Below, one piece after another: positions 1 to 6,910 of a stretch of DNA of 24,000 nucleotides. The position numbers and the translations under genes are program-made. Source of the stretch: Clostridium sp. (GTDB taxonomy: Bacteria > Bacillota > Clostridia > Clostridiales > Clostridiaceae); the NCBI GenBank assembly GCA_029257045.1, contig JARIDB010000068.1:3095-27094 (forward strand), in the 5' to 3' direction. Position 1 is the stretch's first letter. Every line of letters starts with the position of its first letter. The notes beneath the pieces were generated by a model, which saw nothing but the letters and a program-made list of their open reading frames with translations, was not told the DNA's origin and searched no databases.

Positions 1-909
1 AAAGGAAATAGAACTTTCTCTCATTTCTAAAAAGGTATTTTCATTTATATTACCTAATTTATATTTATCAATAGAATAAAAATCACAAGGATAAGCATCC
101 CCATTAGCTTCAATAACATAATAACAACTACATATCCCAGATACACCGCAGTTTTCAGGGGCTTCACCAAGTATCATTTGAATATAATTATCGAAAAGTC
201 TTATGCTAGTATAATTTCCAGTAAAATAATCATTTTTATAAATTTTGAATAAAGTATTCAAAGCATAGGTATAATCATTATTTTGTAATGAATATTTATT
301 TGGTGATTCAACTGATTCTAAGGGTTCTAAACAAGGAATAAATTGAAGGTAGTTAAATCCTTGCTTTTTATAAAAGTTATAAACTTTATTAATATGTTTA
401 GCATTAAAGGCTGTTAATACACAAAGTATATTAAAAGGCACATTATATTTATTTAATATATTTGTAGATTTTAGCACTCTATTAAATGTTCCCTTAAAAC
501 CTTGAAATGTTCTTAGCTCATCATTTATTTCTTTTGGGCCATCTAAAGATATTCCAACTAGAAAATCATTTTTTTTAAAAAACTTTGCCCAGTCGGTATC
601 TATTGTATAGCCATTTGTTTGTATTGAATATTGGATATTGGCATTGTATATATTATGTTTATTTACTGCTTCAACAAAATACTCAAAATATGATAAACCA
701 GCTAAAGTAGGTTCACCACCTTGAAATGCAAAGCTTACAACTTTATTAGAAGGTATAAGAGCATTTTTTATAATGTTTAAAGCTGTAGTTTCAGTCATAA
801 TTCCATTGGAGTATGATTCACGATTTGCAGCTACATCCTTGTAAAAGCAATATTTACAGCTTAAATTACAAAGAGAAGATGCAGGTTTAATTAAAATTGA
901 AATAGACAT
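1..909 (-). CDS. Anaerobic sulfatase-maturating enzyme (radical SAM, anSME type); N-terminal 303 codons, C-terminus lies beyond the window edge
   Basis: This ORF is absent from the ORF track because it is open to the window edge. My minus-strand translation from the ATG at 909..907 reads MSISILIKPASSLCNLSCKYCFYKDVAANRESYSNGIMTE...FAFQGGEPTLAG...GISLDGPKEINDELR...CGVSGICSCYYVIEANGDAYPCDFY. It has the CxxxCxxC radical-SAM cluster motif and a GGEPTL motif, and the start of the Cys-rich SPASM region is collinear with Clostridium perfringens anSME as I recall it. A GGGGG SD (916..920 on the + strand as ccccc) lies 6 nt upstream of the ATG. Confidence 0.85.
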   Translation of the reverse strand, partial: MSISILIKPASSLCNLSCKYCFYKDVAANRESYSNGIMTETTALNIIKNALIPSNKVVSFAFQGGEPTLAGLSYFEYFVEAVNKHNIYNANIQYSIQTNGYTIDTDWAKFFKKNDFLVGISLDGPKEINDELRTFQGFKGTFNRVLKSTNILNKYNVPFNILCVLTAFNAKHINKVYNFYKKQGFNYLQFIPCLEPLESVESPNKYSLQNNDYTYALNTLFKIYKNDYFTGNYTSIRLFDNYIQMILGEAPENCGVSGICSCYYVIEANGDAYPCDFYSIDKYKLGNINENTFLEMRESSISF

Positions 910-1159
910 TATTAGCCCCCTATTATGTATTTTAAAGATAATATTAAAAAAGATTAATGATTTGTGGAACATGTAAAAATATATCTTATAAGTTATAGTA
1001 CATTTTTATATATAATTAGTTTAGATACTATAACCATAGCAAAAAGTAAGAAAACTTTCTATAACTTATTACTTTTTTTAGATGTATTTACATTAATTAA
1101 AGATTAAGATGTTAGCTAATAACTGTAACTTTAATGGATTTTAAGGTATATTGATAAGT

Positions 1160-1320
1160 ATTATATTGCTAATTTAATGACAACAATATACATATAAAAC
1201 AACACAATATTGTTATATAAAAAACGTTTACTTTGAATTATACTACAAGTACAAAGAAATATAACATAGTATAAAGAAAGATAAGAAAATATAAAATGTT
1301 TAAAGGGGGAAAAGGGAATT
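1160..1320 (+). promoter_or_regulatory. Promoter/5' leader copy A upstream of the permease-GH112 operon; paralogous to 8697..8852
   Basis: By manual alignment it is collinear with 8697..8852. Shared blocks are taatttaa, aacaatata, aacacaatat, AACGTTTAC, ttatactacaa and aaatataa. The last 42 nt (ataagaaaatataaaatRtttaaagggggaaaagRgaatt + ATG) differ at only 3 positions. A possible sigma-A promoter is TTGCTA(1166..1171)-17-TACATA(1189..1194). Confidence 0.6.
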
Positions 1321-2205
1321 ATGAGAAAGTCGGAAAAGCAATTTATTTTTGCTTGCATGGCACCAGCTGTGATTCTTGTAACAATATTTATGGTAATACC
1401 AACATTTAATGTATTTAGAATGTCTTTATACAAATGGGGGGGGATTTCTAATAATAGAACATTCCAAGGATTTAAAAACTTTGGAATTATAATGAAGGAT
1501 AAAAACTTCTTGCAATCTATGCAAAACTCGATTCTAATTATTACACTTGTAACAATTTTCACATTAATAATTGCAATATTCTTTGCTGCAGTACTATCTA
1601 AAGAGAATATTAAAGGAAAAAACTTCTTTAGAATAATATTTTACATACCTAATATATTAAGTATTGTAGTTATCTCAGCTATTTTTGGAGCAATTTATGA
1701 TCCTCAATCAGGACTATTAAATAGTATGCTTGGTTTCTTAAACTTAGATAACTTGAAAAGAATGTGGATGGGGGACCCTAATGTAGTAATCTATTCATTA
1801 ATTTTTGCTCTTGTTTGGCAGGCAATTGGATATTACATGGTTATGTATATGGCAAGTATGGCTTCTGTTCCAGATAGTTATTATGAGGCAGCTGGATTAG
1901 ATGGAGCAGGTAAAATTAAACAGTTTTTCACAATTACCTTACCACTAATTTGGAGCAACATTCGTACAACTTTAACATTTTTTGTTATTAGTACAATTAA
2001 CCTAAGCTTCTTAATGGTTCAAATTATGACAGGTGGCGGTCCTAATGGACAAACTGAAGTGTTCCTAAATTATATGTATAAGCAGGCATATACAGCATCA
2101 GCTTATGGTTATGGTATGGCAATTGGAGTAGTAGTATTCTTATTCTCCTTTATTTTATCTGCCGTAATTAATAAAATTACTGAGCGTGAAGCTCTAGAGT
2201 TTTAG
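1321..2205 (+). CDS. Carbohydrate ABC transporter permease (MalF/UgpA-like, CUT1 family)
   Basis: 294-aa polytopic membrane protein with an SD (aaaggggg/aaggga) upstream. It has CUT1-type permease sequence features (EAAGLDGAGKIKQFFTITLPL, the EAA loop). Confidence 0.85.
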   Translation: MRKSEKQFIFACMAPAVILVTIFMVIPTFNVFRMSLYKWGGISNNRTFQGFKNFGIIMKDKNFLQSMQNSILIITLVTIFTLIIAIFFAAVLSKENIKGKNFFRIIFYIPNILSIVVISAIFGAIYDPQSGLLNSMLGFLNLDNLKRMWMGDPNVVIYSLIFALVWQAIGYYMVMYMASMASVPDSYYEAAGLDGAGKIKQFFTITLPLIWSNIRTTLTFFVISTINLSFLMVQIMTGGGPNGQTEVFLNYMYKQAYTASAYGYGMAIGVVVFLFSFILSAVINKITEREALEF

Positions 2206-2215
2206 GAGGTAAGAT

Positions 2216-3112
2216 ATGAAAAATATTAAAGACACAAAATCAAATAATAAAAAAAATAATAGAAGTTTATATAAAATATTTATTTATATAGCGTTAATTA
2301 CTCTAGCAGTTTCAATTATTGTACCAGTTTTATGGGTGTTTATGGCAAGCCTTAAATCTAATTCTGAGTTTGTGGGCAAAGATATTAATCCTTTTGCATT
2401 TCCTAAAGAATTAATATGGGAGAACTTTAATGTTGCTTTTGGTAAAGCAAAGATGGGTGAATACTTATTAAACTCTGTAATTGTTACAACAATGGCACTT
2501 GTTATTTTATTATTAGTAGCATTGCCAGCATCTTATTGCTTGGCTAGGTTTGAGTTTAAAGGTAAAAAGTTTTTAAGTGCTGGATTTATGGCAGGTTTAT
2601 TTATTAATGTTAACTATATTGTAGTTCCAATATTCTTAATGTTAAGTGCAACAAATAGAATGCTAGATGTTAAGTTCTTCTTAAATAATAGATTTATCCT
2701 GGCTTTAGTTTATGCATCAACCCATTTACCATTTACTATTTATTTGTTAAGTGGATACTTTAAAACATTACCTAAAGCTTATGAAGAGGCAGCATTAATT
2801 GATGGTTGTGGATATTTTAAAACAATGCTTAAAATTATGATTCCTATGGCTAGACCAAGTATTATTACAGTTATATTATTTAACTTTTTAGCTTTCTGGA
2901 ATGAGTATATTATTTCATTTACACTAATGACTACAACAAATAAAACTTTACCAGTTGGGTTACAGAACCTAATGGCAGTTGAAAAGACAGCAACAAATTA
3001 TGGAATTATGTATGCAGGATTAGTAATTGTAATGTTACCTACATTAATTTTATATATTTTAGTACAGAAAAAACTCACACAAGGTATGAGTCTTGGTGGA
3101 TTAAAAGATTAA
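2216..3112 (+). CDS. Carbohydrate ABC transporter permease (MalG/UgpE-like, CUT1 family)
   Basis: 298 aa, with an AGGAGG SD 10 nt after the previous stop. The EAA loop reads EEAALIDGCGYFKTMLKIMIPMARP. It is tightly linked to the upstream permease gene. Confidence 0.85.
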   Translation: MKNIKDTKSNNKKNNRSLYKIFIYIALITLAVSIIVPVLWVFMASLKSNSEFVGKDINPFAFPKELIWENFNVAFGKAKMGEYLLNSVIVTTMALVILLLVALPASYCLARFEFKGKKFLSAGFMAGLFINVNYIVVPIFLMLSATNRMLDVKFFLNNRFILALVYASTHLPFTIYLLSGYFKTLPKAYEEAALIDGCGYFKTMLKIMIPMARPSIITVILFNFLAFWNEYIISFTLMTTTNKTLPVGLQNLMAVEKTATNYGIMYAGLVIVMLPTLILYILVQKKLTQGMSLGGLKD

Positions 3113-3123
3113 GGAGGATTATT

Positions 3124-5286
3124 ATGGCAAAGACAAAGGGGAGAGTTACGTTACCAAGTGAAAGTAACTTCCTTAATGAGACAAAAGAATTATTATCACG
3201 TTGGGGTGCAGATGCTATTAGAGATAGTGATGGTACAAAACTTAGTGATGATATTAAAAAGTTAGATGCAAAAATATATACAACATATTTTGTTGCAAGA
3301 GGGCATAATGATTTTGCAGAAAAACATATGGATGAATGTCAACAAATCTATTTAATGAGTGAATATATATTAGCTACATCTAATAGCTTAGAAATAAACT
3401 TCTTAGCTTCTTATTATGATAAGCAAGTAAAAGCAGATTATGATCACGATCCAAAAGTATGGTGGGAAGTTATAGATAGAACAACAAATAAAGTTGTTTC
3501 TTCTGAAAGTTGGGATTATGATAAAGAAAATAATATAGTTAAGGTAAAGGATTGTACACCTTTCCATGAATATACTCTTTCATTCCTTGCATATATATTA
3601 TGGGACCCAACACAAATGTATAATCATATTACAAATAATTGGGGTGATGTGCCTCATGATATACCTTTTGATTTAAGAAAACCAAATTCAAAGAAGTTTG
3701 CTACTGAATACTTAACACAGTGGTTAAAGGATAATGCTGATACAGATGTTGTACGTTTTACAACTTTCTTCTATCACTTTACATTAATTTTTAACAACTT
3801 AGCAAAAGAGAAGTTTGTAGATTGGTGTGGATATGGTGCTAGCGTTTCTACAGAGGCAATTCTAGCTTTTGAAGAAGAATATGGATATAGATTAACTCCT
3901 GAAGTATTTGTACAAAATGGTTATTATAACTCAACATTTTGTGTTCCTACAAAGGAATATAAAGAATTTATTGATTTCCAACAAAGATTCGTATCTAAAA
4001 CTGCAAAAGAGTTAGTTGAATTAACTCATAAAGCTGGTAAGGAAGCGATGATGTTTCTTGGAGATAACTGGATAGGTACTGAACCTTATGGTAAGTATTT
4101 TAGTGACATTGGATTAGATGCAGTTGTAGGAAGTGTTGGAGGAGGAGCTACTCTTAGATTAATATCTGACATTCCTGGTGTAAAATATCATGAAGGAAGG
4201 TTTTTACCATACTTCTTCCCAGATACTTTTTATGAAGGAAATGATCCAACTATAGAAGCTATTGATAATTGGTTAAGTGCAAGACGTGCTATTATGAGAA
4301 AGCCAATAGATCGTATTGGATATGGTGGATACCCTAGTTTAGCTTACAAATTCCCTAAGTTTGTGGACTATATAGAAAAAACTTGTGATGAGTTTAGAGA
4401 AATTTATGATACTATTCACAATCAAAAACCATACTGTGGATTAAAAGTAGCTATTTTAAATAGCTGGGGAAAATTAAGAAGCTGGCATCCTTACATGGTT
4501 GCACATGCTTTATATTGTAAACAAATTTACTCTTATAATGGAATATTAGAATCCCTTAGTGGAGCTAGCGTAGATGTAATATTTATAAGTTTTGATGATA
4601 TAAAAGAAAATGGTATCCCAGAAGGTATTGATGTAATAATAAATGCTGGTGATGCGAGCACTGCATTCTCTGGTGGAGATGTTTGGGCTGATCCTAAGTT
4701 TGTAGCAAATATACGTGAGTGGATTTATAACGGTGGAGGTTTTGTTGGAATGGGTGAACCTACAGCCTTTGAAAATGGCGGTCATTACTTCCAATTAGCA
4801 GATGCCTTTGGTGTAGATAAAGAATTAGGATTTACATTACACACTGATAAGTACTTCCACAAAGAAGTAGGAAAACATTTTATTATAGAAGATAAAGTGG
4901 AAGACTATGACTTTGGTGAAGGTATGAAAAATATTTATGCAACAAAAGAGTCTACACAAATAATTGCTTATAGTGATGGAGAAGTAAATATTTCAAGTAA
5001 TGATTATGGAAAAGGCAGATGTGTATACATTGCAGGACTTCCATATTCAGAGCAAAATACTCGTTTATTAATGAGATCTTTATACTATTGTGCAAATAAA
5101 GAAGAAGAATTTAAGAAATGGTATGCAGATAATTTATATTGTGAAGTACATGCATATCCAAGTGCTAATAAATATGCGATTTTAAATAATACAAATAAAG
5201 AACAAGTTACTAATGTTTATGACGGTAATGGAAATAGTGTTCAGGTTACTTTAGAACCTGGTGAAATTAGATGGATGGTGATGTAG
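3124..5286 (+). CDS. lnpA: 1,3-beta-galactosyl-N-acetylhexosamine phosphorylase (GH112; galacto-N-biose/lacto-N-biose phosphorylase family)
   Basis: The 720-aa product is collinear from end to end with Bifidobacterium longum LnpA as I recall it. Matching segments include GRVTLPSE, WGADAIRDSDGT, VVRFTTFFY, GKEAMMFLGDNWIGTEPY, IPGVKYHEGRFLPYFFPDTFYEGNDP, ILNSWGKLRSW and YGKGRCVYIAGLPYS. The exact acceptor specificity (GNB, LNB or Gal-Rha) cannot be read from the sequence. Confidence 0.9.
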   Translation: MAKTKGRVTLPSESNFLNETKELLSRWGADAIRDSDGTKLSDDIKKLDAKIYTTYFVARGHNDFAEKHMDECQQIYLMSEYILATSNSLEINFLASYYDKQVKADYDHDPKVWWEVIDRTTNKVVSSESWDYDKENNIVKVKDCTPFHEYTLSFLAYILWDPTQMYNHITNNWGDVPHDIPFDLRKPNSKKFATEYLTQWLKDNADTDVVRFTTFFYHFTLIFNNLAKEKFVDWCGYGASVSTEAILAFEEEYGYRLTPEVFVQNGYYNSTFCVPTKEYKEFIDFQQRFVSKTAKELVELTHKAGKEAMMFLGDNWIGTEPYGKYFSDIGLDAVVGSVGGGATLRLISDIPGVKYHEGRFLPYFFPDTFYEGNDPTIEAIDNWLSARRAIMRKPIDRIGYGGYPSLAYKFPKFVDYIEKTCDEFREIYDTIHNQKPYCGLKVAILNSWGKLRSWHPYMVAHALYCKQIYSYNGILESLSGASVDVIFISFDDIKENGIPEGIDVIINAGDASTAFSGGDVWADPKFVANIREWIYNGGGFVGMGEPTAFENGGHYFQLADAFGVDKELGFTLHTDKYFHKEVGKHFIIEDKVEDYDFGEGMKNIYATKESTQIIAYSDGEVNISSNDYGKGRCVYIAGLPYSEQNTRLLMRSLYYCANKEEEFKKWYADNLYCEVHAYPSANKYAILNNTNKEQVTNVYDGNGNSVQVTLEPGEIRWMVM

Positions 5287-5289
5287 TCT

Positions 5290-5457
5290 ATGAGTACAAC
5301 AATAAAAACAGGTATTAATATTGTCGCTTTTGTAGTGTTTTTATCAATGATTATTATAGGACAAAAACATATTGGAGTTCCAGGATTATGCACAATGCTA
5401 GTTGGACTTACTGGACTTCTTACACAGTTATTTTTATATAATAAAAAGAATAAGTAA
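5290..5457 (+). CDS. Small hypothetical membrane protein (55 aa, two predicted TM helices), below the ORF-track size cutoff
   Basis: The ATG lies 3 nt after the GH112 stop, suggesting coupling, with a weak GGTGAT SD. My translation is MSTTIKTGINIVAFVVFLSMIIIGQKHIGVPGLCTMLVGLTGLLTQLFLYNKKNK, i.e. two hydrophobic segments and a basic tail. I recognise no family. Confidence 0.4.
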   Translation: MSTTIKTGINIVAFVVFLSMIIIGQKHIGVPGLCTMLVGLTGLLTQLFLYNKKNK

Positions 5458-5560
5458 TTTAATTAATAAAAAAGGTGCTGTGGCACAATTAAAAAGATGA
5501 CAGATGATTTTACTTTAGAAACTTTTAAAATATGAAATTGTATAAATTTTGAAATGATAC

Positions 5561-5604
5561 TTGATAAGAATACCCTTATGGTGTAATATTACACTATAGG
5601 GGTA
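5561..5604 (+). promoter_or_regulatory. Sigma-A promoter of the XRE gene overlapped by a 34-bp near-perfect palindrome (candidate autoregulatory operator)
   Basis: The promoter reads TTGATA(5561..5566)-17 nt-TAATAT(5584..5589). The palindrome TACCCTTATGGTGTAAT|ATTACACTATAGGGGTA spans 5571..5604 with 15 of 17 positions symmetric and is centred on the -10. It could alternatively fold as an RNA hairpin (the two mismatches become G-U pairs) followed by TTTTG. Confidence 0.55.
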
Positions 5605-5661
5605 TTTTGTTAATTGAGTAATGTTTAATTAATGTAGAAGTATAACAAAGGTGGAAACGTA

Positions 5662-6114
5662 ATGACAAAAAGTGAATTTATAAAAAAAGTAGATGAAAAG
5701 GTTAGATTAATAAGATTAGAAAAAGGATACACGCAAGATAAAATGGCAGAAATAATTGGAATATCTAAAAAGACTCTTGTTCAAGTTGAAAAGGAAAGAA
5801 GTAGTTTAGGCTGGTCAGCTGCTATTGCAGTATGTATTATTTTTAATGCAAGTGAAATATTAGAATTAACATTTGGAGGTGACGTAGAAGAGATAATTAG
5901 ATCATTATCATTTGAAAACAATGAAAGAGGGTATATGATGCCCACCCTTGGGGGAAAGATTTGGTGGAAGGATATACAAACTAAAGAGGGATATATAGTT
6001 CAACAAAATATAATATCAAATCATTACAGAATTTTAGATAGTAATTATAGAAGAATCTGTTATTCCTTTGAGATTGAATATATAAACCAAAGATTTAGTG
6101 AACTGACTAAGTGA
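5662..6114 (+). CDS. XRE-family helix-turn-helix transcriptional regulator with an uncharacterised C-terminal domain
   Basis: 150 aa. The N-terminal HTH_3-like segment is LIRLEKGYTQDKMAEIIGISKKTLVQVEKERSS. The SD is AAGGTGGA. I cannot assign the C-terminal ~70 aa (GGKIWWKDIQTKEGYIVQQNIISNHYRILDSNYRR). Confidence 0.75.
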   Translation: MTKSEFIKKVDEKVRLIRLEKGYTQDKMAEIIGISKKTLVQVEKERSSLGWSAAIAVCIIFNASEILELTFGGDVEEIIRSLSFENNERGYMMPTLGGKIWWKDIQTKEGYIVQQNIISNHYRILDSNYRRICYSFEIEYINQRFSELTK

Positions 6115-6209
6115 AAATTTTAGATAGTATTAAAAAATAAAAGGGTACTAAAAGATAAAAAGGTGTTAAAAGATAAAATATAATTTTTACAGAAATTTAA
6201 GGGGGATTT

Positions 6210-6734
6210 GTGGTGAATACTAAAAAAAGTATAAAAATTTATAATGTGGTTTTTCCTATTTGGCTGCTTTGGCTTTTTCCTTTAACTTGGATAGTTGTTT
6301 TACCAGGAAATTTTATAATAGATTCTTTGGTTGTTTTAATAACATTAAAGTTATTAAATATTAGTAATATTAAAAACGTATACAAGAAAACTATTATTAA
6401 AGTTTGGTTATTTGGTTTTCTATCTGATTTTATAGGAACAGCAATAATGCTTATGCCTGAACTTATAGAGAGTAAGGCTCCTGTTGCCTATAGAGAATGG
6501 TGGTATAAAAACCTAACATCAGCTGTTTCATATAATCCATTTAAAAGTGGTTATGCAGTTGCTTGGATTTTAATGGCAATGATTATAACTTCATTTTTTA
6601 TTTACTTATTTAATTATAAAATAAGTTTTAAAAAGTTGGATATGGAAGAAAAGACAAAGAAAAAACTTGCACTATCTCTAGCAATCTTTACTGCACCATA
6701 TTTATTTCTTTTACCTACAATGTGGTTTGCTTAG
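6210..6734 (+). CDS. Hypothetical integral membrane protein (about 4-5 TM helices)
   Basis: 174 aa, GTG start preceded by an AAGGGGGA SD. The protein is hydrophobic throughout and I recognise no motif. Confidence 0.5.
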   Translation: MVNTKKSIKIYNVVFPIWLLWLFPLTWIVVLPGNFIIDSLVVLITLKLLNISNIKNVYKKTIIKVWLFGFLSDFIGTAIMLMPELIESKAPVAYREWWYKNLTSAVSYNPFKSGYAVAWILMAMIITSFFIYLFNYKISFKKLDMEEKTKKKLALSLAIFTAPYLFLLPTMWFA

Positions 6735-6763
6735 AGCTTATTCATTCATCAAAATTAATGGGG

Positions 6764-6793
6764 GCTGTGGCACTAATTATTTAGTGCCACAGC
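6764..6793. terminator. GC-rich hairpin between convergent genes (13-bp stem GCTGTGGCACTAA / TTAGTGCCACAGC, loop TTAT)
   Basis: The inverted repeat is perfect and can be read directly. There is no clean U-tract on either side, so terminator function is uncertain. Its left arm recurs at 5477..5491. Confidence 0.4.
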
Positions 6794-6794
6794 T

Positions 6795-6903
6795 CATCTA
6801 CCAAAAGAAGAGAGGTAGATGATCCATTACTTATAGTGAACATATAATGGTTTGAGATGACTTGGAGCGTAGCGACTGAATAAGCAAACTATTATATGTT
6901 CAC
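6795..6903. repeat. Diverged third copy of the two-hairpin repeat element found in tandem at 8383..8552
   Basis: Hairpin 1 is CATCTACC(6795..6802)/GGTAGATG(6814..6821), identical in its stems to the 8434..8459 hairpin. It is followed by TCC.TTA, TAGTGAAC and a loop carrying AGCGTAGCG, all motifs shared with the 87-bp units. Hairpin 2 is GTGAACATATAATGGTTTG(6836..6854)/CAAACTATTATATGTTCAC(6885..6903). Confidence 0.5.
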
Positions 6904-6910
6904 CTTTTTT
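6836..6910 (+). terminator. Long-stem hairpin plus T-run; likely rho-independent terminator for the 6210..6734 transcript, with the U-tract overlapping the sulfatase stop codon
   Basis: The stem is 19 bp with one mismatch and the loop is 30 nt. It is followed directly by CTTTTTT (6904..6910). Confidence 0.45.

Noticed and set aside
1223-1236. Calling the leader-A AACGTTTAC region a bona fide cre site
   Set aside because: Copy A matches only about half of the cre consensus and copy B lacks the left-end TG. I report it only as a conserved core, not as an annotated CcpA site.
1161-1562. Antisense or alternate-frame ORFs in the track: 1161..1562(-), 4546..4794(-), 8780..9049(-), 9700..9897(+), 10332..10697(-), 14864..15082(-), 15799..16071(-), 16405..16620(-), 16476..16658(-), 18510..18791(-), 19282..19464(-), 21779..22270(-), 22408..22665(-), 23579..23797(-)
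   Set aside because: Each lies inside or opposite a well-supported gene. They have low-complexity or odd composition, no SD and no recognisable motifs. They are typical shadow ORFs. The first and third merely reflect the duplicated leader.
5571-5612. Reading the 34-nt palindrome purely as the GH112-operon terminator
   Set aside because: This is not excluded, since a hairpin with G-U pairs is followed by UUUUG. However, its exact centring on a good -10 of the XRE promoter makes an operator role at least as likely. I kept it as a regulatory feature with the ambiguity stated.
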